A DNA stretch of 61,795 nucleotides, the filler included. It is 4 parts of 4 records of this genome, joined end to end, with 100 filler letters (N's around TTAATTAATTAA, not from the genome) between each part and the next. Parts side by side here need not be neighbours in the genome. Positions count along the whole stretch, not along the records: positions 1 to 13,665 come from DRR723986_10370; 3 more parts are not named here. One strand, given 5' to 3'. Below are positions 1 to 9,125 of the stretch, one piece after another. The first letter of the stretch is position 1; each line of letters opens with the position of its first letter. A program made the position numbers and the translations under genes. Under the pieces are notes generated by a model that had not been told where the DNA came from, made no database searches, and was given only the letters and a program-made list of their open reading frames with translations.

Positions 1-1
1 G

Positions 2-61
2 GTGATTGAGGATACGGCTCAGGGCTCACATTGGCGTTGGGTATACGAGCCTCATCGATAA
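2..61 (+). CDS. cysS: 3' end of a cysteinyl-tRNA synthetase (probable Zur-regulon paralog), truncated by window start
   Basis: Frame 2 reads VIEDTAQGSHWRWVYEPHR*, resembling the CysRS C-terminus (..LEDTxxGTxWR); cysS paralogs are known members of such clusters. Only 19 codons visible. Confidence 0.6.
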   Translation: MIEDTAQGSHWRWVYEPHR

Positions 62-135
62 ATCGGCAACGGCGTAGATGCGCCTGGGCTGATCGGCCGA
101 ACTTCTCCGCAAACTATTCACAAGGAAGAAATCAG

Positions 136-339
136 ATGATCCCCCAAACCTACGAAGAATGGCGACATTGCATCACCGTGATCTGCAATCAACCTCTGAC
201 CAGAGGGTACATCGAGCAACGAATCAAGGCACTGAACACCCCGAGTGATCACATGACGGCGAAGTTTGTCCAACTCTATGGAGAGGAACAGCGGGCGCGA
301 ACGCTTGAGTGGTTTGAGCGAGCCAGGAGCGAGCTTTGA
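136..339 (+). CDS. Small hypothetical protein (67 aa)
   Basis: AAGGAAG upstream of ATG 136; MIPQTYEEWRHCITVIC...; fills the gap between cysS and the carbonic anhydrase in the same direction. Confidence 0.75.
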   Translation: MIPQTYEEWRHCITVICNQPLTRGYIEQRIKALNTPSDHMTAKFVQLYGEEQRARTLEWFERARSEL

Positions 340-370
340 TGCACAAACATCTGATCCGGAGGAAGAGCAG

Positions 371-931
371 ATGATCCGCAGAAACCCACGTGGCGACCTG
401 CCAAAAATTCATCCCGGTGCTTTTGTTGACCCGACCGCCATTATCTGTGGACTGGTTGTCGTTGAGGAAAACGTCTTTATTGGCCCCTACGCCGTCATAC
501 GAGCGAATGAAATGGATGCCGATGGGCATATTGACCCGATTATTATTGGTGCTCATTCAAATATTCAGGATGGCGTGGTTATCCACTCCAAATCCGGCGC
601 GAAAGTGACCATCGGCGAGCACACGTCCATTGCCCACCGGGCCATCGTGCACGGTCCTTGTACCGTCGGTAACGGCGTGTTTATTGGCTTCAACAGTGTG
701 CTCTTTAACTGCACGGTGGCGGACCGGTGTGTGGTTCGCCATAACGCGGTGGTGGATGGCTGTCATCTGCCGGCCGGGTTTTACGTACGGTCCACCGCGC
801 AGATTGGCGAAAAGACCGATCTGACCTCCTTGCCCCAGGTGACTGCATCGGCCAGCGAGTTTTCGGAAGATGTGGCACGAACCAACAACGATCTGGTGCG
901 TGGCTACAAACAGATCCAGAACGAATTCTGA
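371..931 (+). CDS. Gamma-class carbonic anhydrase (Cam-like)
   Basis: Hexapeptide repeats, NIQDGVVIH and IAHRAIVH metal-ligand motifs; likely start ATG 371 after GGAAGAG. Confidence 0.92.
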   Translation: MIRRNPRGDLPKIHPGAFVDPTAIICGLVVVEENVFIGPYAVIRANEMDADGHIDPIIIGAHSNIQDGVVIHSKSGAKVTIGEHTSIAHRAIVHGPCTVGNGVFIGFNSVLFNCTVADRCVVRHNAVVDGCHLPAGFYVRSTAQIGEKTDLTSLPQVTASASEFSEDVARTNNDLVRGYKQIQNEF

Positions 932-949
932 ACGCAGGCTGGAGAGCGT

Positions 950-2326
950 ATGAGTAGAGGGAATAAGCCAGTTGCACAGCACGCTGACCTCCTGGTGGTT
1001 GGCGGAACTCTTGTTACGCCGAACGGTTTCGAGCAGGCAGACATCGCCAGCCTCGGCGGGCGCATCGTCGCCATTGGGGCGCTGCAAAGCCAATGGACTG
1101 CTGACTCGAAGATCGACGCAAAGGGGCTCCATGTCTTGCCCGGTGTGATCGACAGTCAGGTGCACTTCCGCGAGCCCGGGCTGACCCATAAGGAAGATCT
1201 TGAAGCCGGGACTCGCGGCGCGGTGCTGGGTGGGGTGACCGGCGTTTTTGAAATGCCGAACACCAATCCACTGACCCTCTGGCATGAGGATTTACAGGCG
1301 AAGCTGGATGCGGCTCAAGGTCGGGCCTGGTGTGATTATGCCTTTTACATCGGAGGCTCGGGCGTCAATGCCGAACAACTTCAGATTCTTGAAACTCTGC
1401 CGGGCTGTGCGGGTGTGAAGGTGTTCATGGGCAGTTCGTTTGGCGACCTGCTGGCGGACGATGACACCGTGCTACGAAACATTCTGCGCCATGGGCGCCG
1501 ACGGATGGCGGTCCATGCCGAGGACGAGGCCCGCTTGCGCCAGCGCAAGTCGATTGTCGAGGCCAGTGGCGATGTTTGCCAGCATCCGGACTGGCGCGAT
1601 GTGGAGTCTGCGCTTCTGGCGACGAAGCGGATCGTAGCCATGGCGGAGGAAGCGGGGCGTCGGCTGCACGTCCTGCACGTTTCCACAGCTGAGGAAATGC
1701 GATACCTGGCCCGGCATAAACGGCGCGTGACTGTGGAAGTGACGCCGCATCACCTCACCATGGCGGCCCCCGAGTGTTATCAGCGCCTGGGAAGTCTGGC
1801 CCAAATGAACCCGCCGGTCCGGGAACAGCGCCATCAGGACGCTTTGTGGCAGGCGATCCGAGAGGGCACCGTGGATGTGATCGGCAGCGATCACGCCCCT
1901 CATACCCTGGAAGAAAAAGCGAAACCATACCCGCAATCGCCCAGCGGTATGACCGGGGTGCAGACGCTGTTGCCGGTGATGCTGGACCACGTAGATAACG
2001 GGCGTCTCACGTTGCAGCGGTTGGTGGATCTGACCAGTGCTGGCCCTGCGCGGATCTTTGGCCTGGAGGGTAAGGGGCGCATCGCACTCGGATACGATGC
2101 CGACCTGACGATCGTTGATCTGTCTGCGCAGCGCACGATAACGAACGATTGGATAGCCAGCCGCAGCGGATGGACGCCATACGATGGCAAGAAGATAACC
2201 GGCTGGCCAATCCACACTGTGATTCGGGGTCATGTGGTTGTGCGTGAGGAACAACTTGAGGGCGCTCCCCGGGGCAAGACTATTCAATTTCTCGAAACGT
2301 TCGGGGCAATCTCTGTCTCCGATTGA
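950..2326 (+). CDS. pyrC: Dihydroorotase paralog (PyrC2/PyrQ type)
   Basis: PGVIDSQVHFREPG, EMPNT, HAED, HVST, MNPP and GSDHAPH amidohydrolase motifs. Confidence 0.92.
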   Translation: MSRGNKPVAQHADLLVVGGTLVTPNGFEQADIASLGGRIVAIGALQSQWTADSKIDAKGLHVLPGVIDSQVHFREPGLTHKEDLEAGTRGAVLGGVTGVFEMPNTNPLTLWHEDLQAKLDAAQGRAWCDYAFYIGGSGVNAEQLQILETLPGCAGVKVFMGSSFGDLLADDDTVLRNILRHGRRRMAVHAEDEARLRQRKSIVEASGDVCQHPDWRDVESALLATKRIVAMAEEAGRRLHVLHVSTAEEMRYLARHKRRVTVEVTPHHLTMAAPECYQRLGSLAQMNPPVREQRHQDALWQAIREGTVDVIGSDHAPHTLEEKAKPYPQSPSGMTGVQTLLPVMLDHVDNGRLTLQRLVDLTSAGPARIFGLEGKGRIALGYDADLTIVDLSAQRTITNDWIASRSGWTPYDGKKITGWPIHTVIRGHVVVREEQLEGAPRGKTIQFLETFGAISVSD

Positions 2327-2356
2327 ATTAATTTGATCAGAAAGGAACGATATATC

Positions 2357-2872
2357 ATGACGACCGATTCCGGTAACACCAGAGATTCCGGCCCAGGCAC
2401 TGTCGAGCTCGCTGCCAGAACCTCAATCGAGCAGGTGGAAGAAGGGGCAGAGTTGGCGCCCAAGTTCGACGCTGATGGCTTGATTACCTGCGTAACCACA
2501 GATGCAGAAAGTGGGGAAGTGCTTATGCTGGGGTATATGAACGCCGATGCATTGGCGAGAACCATTACCACCGGTGAAGCTCACTACTGGAGCCGTAGCC
2601 GTGAGGTTCTATGGCACAAAGGCGCTTCCAGTGGGCTGGTTCAGCGGATTGTCGAGATGCGGATTGACGACGACCAGGACGCGGTGTGGCTCAGGGTCAA
2701 AGTGACTGGCTCTGGGGCCAGCTGTCATGTTGGTTACCGCTCCTGCTTTTACCGGCAGGTGCCTGTGGGGGCTGACAGGGTAAATGGCGAGGCTTTGGTG
2801 TTTGTTGAGGAGCATAAAATATTTGATCCCGCCCTCGTGTACGGGGACGCGCCCAATCCGACCAAGCTTTGA
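2357..2872 (+). CDS. hisI: Phosphoribosyl-AMP cyclohydrolase, Cys-to-Asp variant paralog
   Basis: YWSRSR..LWHKG and SCHVGYRSCF; DDDQD in place of canonical DCDxD; AAGGA RBS. Confidence 0.92.
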   Translation: MTTDSGNTRDSGPGTVELAARTSIEQVEEGAELAPKFDADGLITCVTTDAESGEVLMLGYMNADALARTITTGEAHYWSRSREVLWHKGASSGLVQRIVEMRIDDDQDAVWLRVKVTGSGASCHVGYRSCFYRQVPVGADRVNGEALVFVEEHKIFDPALVYGDAPNPTKL

Positions 2873-3095
2873 GTGGCTGATGCAGCGAATTTGGCCATGA
2901 ATCAGGCCTGCCCGTATCGCGTCTCCAGATTCACCCGGAAAATTTTGACGGCTCCCCGAAAGCCGTTCAATGCTGTAACGGGGGGGAGTTCACCTTTTGC
3001 TTCGCCTATTGATAACTATGTTTTGGCGTTGTATTTTTTGCCCGGAAAATCGCAAACACAGGCAAAACGATCAAAAGGCGGTACGTTGCTGCCAG

Positions 3096-3278
3096 TCAGG
3101 ACATACTCTTGCGGATCTTTTTGAGCCGCGCTGACGCATCCTTTGCTGCGGACTGTTTCTCCGGCCGTTTCATCTTTTTCCAGCTCTTGATTTGGGCTCG
3201 GGTACGCCCACAGCCAACGCAAACGTCGCCACTGAGTTGGCAGACGGATGTGCAGGGATTATCGATAGGCTTGGCCAT
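3096..3278 (-). CDS. DUF1289 family small Cys-rich protein
   Basis: NPCTSVCQL..DVCVGCGRT...W motif. Confidence 0.85.
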   Translation of the reverse strand: MAKPIDNPCTSVCQLSGDVCVGCGRTRAQIKSWKKMKRPEKQSAAKDASARLKKIRKSMS

Positions 3279-3280
3279 AA

Positions 3281-3652
3281 TCAGTGCCTTGTTCGCCTTA
3301 TCTGTGCCAATCGCGCCAGCCAGTCCCCGTTCTGGGCCTTCCGGCATGCTTCCTCGCTATCATACTGAAGGCAGGTCGAAATAAGTTGGGAGTCAATATT
3401 CGTTTGCTCAAGAGCGACCCGGGTCAATGCCCGCATGCGCTGGTCGTCACCATTGGCCAATGCCCGATCGAGGTTCGCCTGGGTGTCGAAGATCCAAGTA
3501 ACCCGCAGCCCAGCCGGGAATTCGTGGTTGCCGTTGTCGTGAGTAAGCCAGATAAAACCGGGTATCTCTGCCTTGGCGGTCTCGCAGGCGTCGGTCAAGG
3601 ATGCGATTAGTTGACGCTCTATCTGTTGCTGTTTACGTTTTGGGCTAACCAT
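3281..3652 (-). CDS. Hypothetical protein (123 aa)
   Basis: GAGGAG RBS; LTDACE.AK..IPGFIWLTH and FPAGLRVTWIFDT resemble a conserved gammaproteobacterial family; ends 2 nt before the DUF1289 gene. Confidence 0.75.
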   Translation of the reverse strand: MVSPKRKQQQIERQLIASLTDACETAKAEIPGFIWLTHDNGNHEFPAGLRVTWIFDTQANLDRALANGDDQRMRALTRVALEQTNIDSQLISTCLQYDSEEACRKAQNGDWLARLAQIRRTRH

Positions 3653-3794
3653 GGCTGATCTCCTCTTCAGGCTTGGGCGAAAGCGAAAAAGCGCCCATCG
3701 TCTATAATGGTAGTGGGTTGCAAGACGGTGTGGAACACACCGAAAAATGCACCGGATCCGACCGACGAAACTAACGCATTTGCGGGAGGCTTAC

Positions 3795-4142
3795 ATGAGC
3801 TGCAACGTTCACAAAAATCATCCCCACGAACATGGCCCCGACTGCGGTCATACGGCGATAGAGCATGACGGTCACGTTGATTACCTGCACGATGGCCATC
3901 TGCACCATCCCCATGGGGATCATGTTGACGAGCACACGATTGAGGTGTCTGACGCGAATCCGGATGCCTGCATCCCGAACCATACTTGTGCAGGCCACGA
4001 GCCAGGGCATGTGCATGGACCAGGGTGCGGTCATGAACCGGTTCCTCACGGCGACCACATAGACTATCTCGTTGATGGCCACCTGCATCATCCCCACGGC
4101 GATCATTGCGACGACCACGGGCCCGTGAACGTGGTCGGTTGA
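3795..4142 (+). CDS. His/Cys-rich protein with an internally duplicated motif (putative metal-binding/storage)
   Basis: GGGAGG RBS; 27 His and 6 Cys in 115 aa; two copies of HGPxCGHxxxxHxxHxDYLxDGHLHHPHGDHxDxH. Confidence 0.85.
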   Translation: MSCNVHKNHPHEHGPDCGHTAIEHDGHVDYLHDGHLHHPHGDHVDEHTIEVSDANPDACIPNHTCAGHEPGHVHGPGCGHEPVPHGDHIDYLVDGHLHHPHGDHCDDHGPVNVVG

Positions 4143-4183
4143 GCGCTTGCCATGACTGAACGCCAAGCGGGACGACACGCGTT

Positions 4184-4591
4184 CTAGTGTCGGTAATTGA
4201 GTTCCTTTCGCTCGTTCAGGGTTTTAACCTCCGCGCAGAGTTCCGCAGTGGGGCGTGCGAGAAGCCGGGGTATCCCGATGGGTTCCCCGGATTCCCGGCA
4301 GAAGCCGTAATCACCCGTTGATATTCGCTTGATCGCAGCCTCGATCTTCGGGAGCAGGCGCCGTTCGCGATCGACAATGCGCAGCGCCAGCCTCGATTCC
4401 TCTTCGTAAGCGGCGCGATCCGCCTCGTCGTTCATTTCCGGAGGGCTCGCCAGCTGCTGTTTGGCAGCCTCGATGCTGTCCATGGTTTCGGTGCGCAAGT
4501 CTTCCAGCAGTTTTCGAAAGAACGCCAGTTGCGCCTCGTTCATGTAGTCATCGGCTGGTGCCTGCAGAATTTCATCTCGCGTCATCGTCAT
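4184..4591 (-). CDS. dksA: Zinc-independent DksA paralog (DksA2)
   Basis: YMNEAQL.FF, DEADRA coiled-coil tip, GEPIG..RL.ARP; zinc finger reduced to CxxS...CxxV. Confidence 0.92.
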   Translation of the reverse strand: MTMTRDEILQAPADDYMNEAQLAFFRKLLEDLRTETMDSIEAAKQQLASPPEMNDEADRAAYEEESRLALRIVDRERRLLPKIEAAIKRISTGDYGFCRESGEPIGIPRLLARPTAELCAEVKTLNERKELNYRH

Positions 4592-4597
4592 GATGGC

Positions 4598-5800
4598 TTA
4601 TCTCCAGGCAGGAAAGGGGTCATTGAGGGTCTGCCAGAATTCCTTGCCCGCGAGCAACTGCTCGTCATCCAGCAGGCACTCGTCCAGCTGGCGGGTTATG
4701 GCGTCCCGATCCAGGTTCTGGCCAATGAATACCAGCTCCTGGCGCATATCGCCAAAGGGTTCCTCCCAGCTTTCCATAATGGCCGTTCGATATTCCGGGT
4801 CTTCTGGCCAGTTACTCTCCGGCACGGCTTTCCAGAACATGCCGGCAAAACCATAGCGGGCAATCCCGCCGGCCTGACTCCAACTGCCTGCGAATTCGGG
4901 GCGGGTTGCGAGCCAGAAATAACCCTTGGAGCGGATCAGTTTGCCTTTCGAAGTTCCCTCGTGCAGGAAGTCGTAGAACTTGGCGGGATGGAAAGGTCGG
5001 CGTGCGCGATACACGAAGCTCGAAATGCCATACTCTTCGGTTTCAGGAATGTGCTCGCCGCGCATTTCCTTGAGCCATCCGGGTGCCTGCTGAGCACGCT
5101 CGAAACTGAAACGGCCGGTCTCCAGCACCTTGTCGAGCGGCACTGCGCCCTGGGAGATCGGAATAATTTCCGCTTCTGTGTTTAGGCTGCGAAGTACTCC
5201 TTTGAGTCGTTCCAGATCTTCCGGGCTGGCCAGGTCGGTCTTGCTGATCAGCAGGATGTCACTGAACTCGATCTGGTCAACCAGCAAATCCGCAACGCTG
5301 CGCTCGTCTTCCTCGCCAAGGCTCTCCCCGGTTTCCTGAAGTGACTGGGCCTCGTCATAGTCCTTCAGGAAGTTAACCGCATCCACCACTGTCACCATGG
5401 TGTCCAGGCGGGCGATATCAGACAGGCTAACGCCGTCTTCGTCGGCAAAGGTAAACGTCTCTGCCACCGGCAGAGGCTCTGAAATACCGGTGGACTCGAT
5501 CACCAGGCAATCAAAGCGCCCTTCGGATGCCAGTTTTCGGACCTCGACCAGCAGATCCTCCCGGAGCGTGCAGCAGATGCATCCATTGCTCATCTCCACC
5601 AGTTTCTCTTCCGAACGGTTGAGCGTGACCTCCTGCTGGACCTGAGCGGCATCGATGTTGACCTCGCTCATGTCGTTCACGATCACCGCCACGCGTTTGC
5701 CCGCGCGGTTATTGAGAATATGGTTGAGAACCGTGGTTTTGCCGGCGCCCAGAAAGCCGGACAGCACCGTAACCGGTAACCGCGAGTCAGATTGCTTCAT
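4598..5800 (-). CDS. zigA: COG0523 G3E GTPase zinc metallochaperone (ZigA/YciC type)
   Basis: GFLGAGKTT Walker A, GCICC metal motif, IESTG, SKTD and CobW_C-type C-terminus (RQELVFIG). Confidence 0.95.
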   Translation of the reverse strand: MKQSDSRLPVTVLSGFLGAGKTTVLNHILNNRAGKRVAVIVNDMSEVNIDAAQVQQEVTLNRSEEKLVEMSNGCICCTLREDLLVEVRKLASEGRFDCLVIESTGISEPLPVAETFTFADEDGVSLSDIARLDTMVTVVDAVNFLKDYDEAQSLQETGESLGEEDERSVADLLVDQIEFSDILLISKTDLASPEDLERLKGVLRSLNTEAEIIPISQGAVPLDKVLETGRFSFERAQQAPGWLKEMRGEHIPETEEYGISSFVYRARRPFHPAKFYDFLHEGTSKGKLIRSKGYFWLATRPEFAGSWSQAGGIARYGFAGMFWKAVPESNWPEDPEYRTAIMESWEEPFGDMRQELVFIGQNLDRDAITRQLDECLLDDEQLLAGKEFWQTLNDPFPAWR

Positions 5801-5854
5801 TCGTAAACTCCTGCGTTTTTCCGCTACGCGCCGCGTCCACGGCGCTTTACTTTA

Positions 5855-5877
5855 GATATGTTATAACATAACATTTT
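5855..5877. promoter_or_regulatory. Zur box in the divergent zigA/DUF1826 promoter
   Basis: GATATGTTATAACATAACATTTT versus gammaproteobacterial consensus GAAATGTTATA-N-TATAACATTTC (3 mismatches). Confidence 0.88.
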
Positions 5878-5940
5878 CGACCCTGAAACGTTACCTGTTT
5901 TTAAGTTCGTTCCGATAGCCTGCAGGCACGGAGGTTGTCC

Positions 5941-6576
5941 ATGACAGTAGAGTCCAATGCAGTGTCCGGTCCTGTGGCTGTTCACGGGAGCAAGCCTGAA
6001 TGTCTGACAGAGATATTCCGGGATGAGGTCAATCTCGCGGTCTGGCGCCGGGAACCGCGCACGGAATGCCTTGAGTTTGCCCGCCATTTCGCCTCAGAGA
6101 TGTCCAGCTTCGAGCGCTTTGTGGCGCAGGAGAAAGACGAACCTGTTGATGAGATTCTTCCCGGCTGGGCACTGGAGCTGTCTGGCGCCCGGGCGTGGCT
6201 GGCGGATGTCAGGGAACTGATCGCCATGTATCGATGCCTGTTCGAGCCTGCTGCCGTGGGAATTCGGGTTCATGTGCTGGCTGACACCATGTGTCCCCGG
6301 TTTCACACCGACCGGGTTCCAGCCCGATTGCTGGTGACCTATTCGGGACGCGGGACCGAGTGGCTTGCAGAGCCGGATGTTCTGCGCGCGGAAAACCCGG
6401 GGCCGTTGCCGGAACAGCCAGCAGCGGAACACTGCATCCAGGTCATGCCAACCGGCTCGGTTGCGATCCTCAAGGGAGAAGCCTGGATTGGCAACGAAGG
6501 TCGCGGCCTTGTTCACCGCTCACCTGCGCCGGGTGATACGCCAAGGCTGGTTCTGGGACTGGACTGGCTTTCCTGA
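5941..6576 (+). CDS. DUF1826 family protein
   Basis: NLAVWRR, MCPRFHTD, RLLVTYSGRGTEWL, LKGE.W and GLVHRSP motifs; GGAGG RBS. Confidence 0.9.
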   Translation: MTVESNAVSGPVAVHGSKPECLTEIFRDEVNLAVWRREPRTECLEFARHFASEMSSFERFVAQEKDEPVDEILPGWALELSGARAWLADVRELIAMYRCLFEPAAVGIRVHVLADTMCPRFHTDRVPARLLVTYSGRGTEWLAEPDVLRAENPGPLPEQPAAEHCIQVMPTGSVAILKGEAWIGNEGRGLVHRSPAPGDTPRLVLGLDWLS

Positions 6577-6586
6577 AGCAATAAAA

Positions 6587-6605
6587 GCAATGTTATAACA
6601 TTAAC
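6587..6605. promoter_or_regulatory. Second candidate Zur site upstream of the uptake operon
   Basis: Perfect 14-bp palindrome AATGTTATAACATT (6589-6602) sharing ATGTTATAACAT with the first box, just before the AAGGAG RBS. Confidence 0.65.
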
Positions 6606-6618
6606 TAAGGAGTTTTTG

Positions 6619-7926
6619 ATGTCTGATCAATTCCGCCAATTTCCCTTCAGCCTGCGACCGATTGCTACCTCTGCGCTGCTGGTTTCGGCTGCAATGCTGA
6701 CGGCCTGTGGCGGTAGCAGCAGCTCTGAGGATGAGCACGAGCACACGGAGATCGACACCGCCGGTCGTCTGGCCCTGTTCGATTCCGACGCTTCGCAGCT
6801 CAAGGTGCTGGACCTCGACAGCAGTGAAGTGCTTGCCTCCATGGCCATGAATGGTGAAGCGCCGCGCCTCTATGCCTCACCCGGCAATCGGTATGCGGTC
6901 GCTATCCAGCGGGGCGACGATCTGGTGTCGTTTGTTGACGGTGGGCTGTATACCGAGGACCACGGCGATCACATGCATGATTACGCAGAGACGCCGAGCA
7001 TGCTGACCCTCACCCTGAACGATCACAAACCGACGCACTATTCTTCGGGTGAATCGGAAGGTGTCGTTTTCTTCGACGGTGGTGAGGCCGCAAGCTCGAA
7101 AGTGACCGTGTTTTCCGATGCAACTCTGGGAAGTGGCACCACCTTGGCCAGCCTTCAGCTGGAGAACAACATGCACGGTGTTGCCAAGATGATCGATGGC
7201 CACCTGTTTGTGACCTATCGGGACAGCTCAATCACGGACACCACGCTGCCAGCGGCGGTTGAACGTTACCACCTGGACGGCAGCAGCTTCGAATTCGAAG
7301 AACGTTACAGCCAGGCTTGCCCGAGGCTTCACGGTGCTGCCGCCAATGCCCATAGCCTTGGCTTTGGCTGCAGCGATGGCGTTCTGGTGATTGATCTGCA
7401 GGAAACCGGTTATCCGGCCACCAAGCTGGCGAACCCCGAGGGCCTGGCGGAGGGCGCTCGCATCGGAACCGTGGTTGCCAATCACGATGTTGAGGAGCTG
7501 GTCGGCATTGCCGGTGACCGTCTGTTCGCGATCCATCCGGAATCCACCACTGAGGTTTACCACGAGCTTGAACTCGGGGAGGGCGTTGGCCGCCTGGCCC
7601 AGGGCTTCACGACCCACGGGGAGGTCTTCTATGTGCTCGGCGATGATGGCGGCCTGAGGTTGTTTGACCCGTCTAACGATTGGCAACTGATCACCACGGT
7701 TGAGTTGATGGCCGCGCCGGGCGAAGAGGACACGCTGGCCGTGACCACGTCTGCCGCCCAGGAGCGACTGTTCGTGCTGCACAACCAGTCCGTGATCGAA
7801 GTGGATACCACCGATGGCGATATCGTTCGGACCATCGACCTCGGTTTCAGTGCCTCTGCCATCGCCTGGCTGGGTCTGGCCGAAGCGGGCCACGACCACG
7901 ATCACGACGACGAGCATTCCCACTAA
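6619..7926 (+). CDS. AztD-like beta-propeller metal-binding lipoprotein
   Basis: Lipobox LTAC; DHGDHMH, PTHY, MHG, CPRLHG and GCSDG motifs; His-rich N- and C-terminal tails. Confidence 0.75.
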   Translation: MSDQFRQFPFSLRPIATSALLVSAAMLTACGGSSSSEDEHEHTEIDTAGRLALFDSDASQLKVLDLDSSEVLASMAMNGEAPRLYASPGNRYAVAIQRGDDLVSFVDGGLYTEDHGDHMHDYAETPSMLTLTLNDHKPTHYSSGESEGVVFFDGGEAASSKVTVFSDATLGSGTTLASLQLENNMHGVAKMIDGHLFVTYRDSSITDTTLPAAVERYHLDGSSFEFEERYSQACPRLHGAAANAHSLGFGCSDGVLVIDLQETGYPATKLANPEGLAEGARIGTVVANHDVEELVGIAGDRLFAIHPESTTEVYHELELGEGVGRLAQGFTTHGEVFYVLGDDGGLRLFDPSNDWQLITTVELMAAPGEEDTLAVTTSAAQERLFVLHNQSVIEVDTTDGDIVRTIDLGFSASAIAWLGLAEAGHDHDHDDEHSH

Positions 7927-7939
7927 TCTGCTTTCAATC

Positions 7940-7985
7940 CAGCAGGGCGCGTCGACACCAGGTGGCGCGCCCTGCTGCTTTATAT
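7940..7985 (+). terminator. Intra-operon stem-loop (attenuator or mRNA stabiliser)
   Basis: 12-bp perfect stem CAGCAGGGCGCG / CGCGCCCTGCTG followed by CTTTATAT. Confidence 0.6.
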
Positions 7986-7996
7986 ACGGAGTCCCT

Positions 7997-9124
7997 ATGT
8001 TTAAACGTTTTGCTCCTTTTGCCATTTTTCCATTGGTCATGACGGCGGGCTGGGCAACCGCCAACGAACTCAATCCGGACGTCAGTGTGACGCTGGACGG
8101 ATACTACAAACAGAACGAGACCGCTTTGTCCCATCGCGAGCAGGGCTTCGGCCTCGGCCACACAGAACTGTCCCTGTCTTCCCCGATTGATGACCTGTTC
8201 TCCGGCCGACTCACCGCTGTATTCGAAGAGCACGACGGTGATAGTGAGGTACTGATTGAAGAGGCGTATCTGCAAACGAACGGTTTGCCGTACGCACTGA
8301 ACGTGCGGGCAGGGCGGTTCCTGTCGCAGGTGGGCTATCTGAATGGGCGCCATATGCATGAGGACGACTTTGTCGAGCGCCCGGCCGCCTATCGCGCGAT
8401 GCTTGGCAGCCACTATTACGACACCGGGGCACGCCTGAATGTGCTGTTGCCGACGCCCTTTTTCTGGCAGGTCGGCGCAGAAGCGTTTGCCGGCGACCAG
8501 CTGACCGAGGGGGACGAGGACATTGGTGTTTACACGGTTAATACCCGTCTCGGTGGTGATATCAGCCTGTCCCAAAGCTGGCAGCTGGGGCTTTCTTGGC
8601 TCCGGAACCGCCACGCTAAGTCGGCGGATACCGGAGACGGTAGTCACGACCATGATCACGATCACGAGGAAGGGCACGACCACGGCCACAGTCACGGTGC
8701 CGGCTACACCAGCGAAAACCTCTATATCGCCGATCTGGTCTGGAAGTGGTCTCCCAACGGCAACAACCGCGAGCAACAGCTGACGCTCAGCGGCGAATAC
8801 CTCTATGCGGATGAGCTCAACCAGTTTGCGGCGTCTGACGATACCAATGAAGGCTGGTACGTTTCCGGCGTTTACCAGTTTGCGCCCCAGTGGTCGGCGG
8901 GCGTTCGTTACGGTGAGGTGGATCTTCAGGAAGCCCATGGCGATCACTTCCACAATCAAACCCTTGAAGAGACCGACGTGATGCTGTCCTGGTCCCGTTC
9001 TCACTTCTCCACGGTACGGCTGCAGTACACCCATCAGGACGCGACCGGGTTCAGCAACGCCGACAATACCGTGATGGTGCAGTACGTCATGTCCCTTGGT
9101 GCCCACGGCGCCCATGGGTACTGA
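7997..9124 (+). CDS. His-rich outer-membrane beta-barrel (zinc-regulated porin type)
   Basis: Signal peptide, NPDVSV.LDG, EEAYL, alternating beta-strands, His-rich loop, C-terminal LGAHGAHGY; 375 aa, too short for a plugged TonB receptor. Confidence 0.82.
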   Translation: MFKRFAPFAIFPLVMTAGWATANELNPDVSVTLDGYYKQNETALSHREQGFGLGHTELSLSSPIDDLFSGRLTAVFEEHDGDSEVLIEEAYLQTNGLPYALNVRAGRFLSQVGYLNGRHMHEDDFVERPAAYRAMLGSHYYDTGARLNVLLPTPFFWQVGAEAFAGDQLTEGDEDIGVYTVNTRLGGDISLSQSWQLGLSWLRNRHAKSADTGDGSHDHDHDHEEGHDHGHSHGAGYTSENLYIADLVWKWSPNGNNREQQLTLSGEYLYADELNQFAASDDTNEGWYVSGVYQFAPQWSAGVRYGEVDLQEAHGDHFHNQTLEETDVMLSWSRSHFSTVRLQYTHQDATGFSNADNTVMVQYVMSLGAHGAHGY

Positions 9125-9125
9125 T

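Noticed and set aside
3056-3095. CACAGGCAAAACGATCAAAAGGCGGTACG loosely resembling the 5' half of a c-di-GMP-I riboswitch
   Set aside because: No GNRA-capped stem or GCAAA-led second stem, and it lies between convergent gene ends.
8640-8700. CACGAC/CATGAT short tandem repeats (also 7891-7923)
   Set aside because: They encode His-Asp-rich loops; not CRISPR or a DNA-level repeat.
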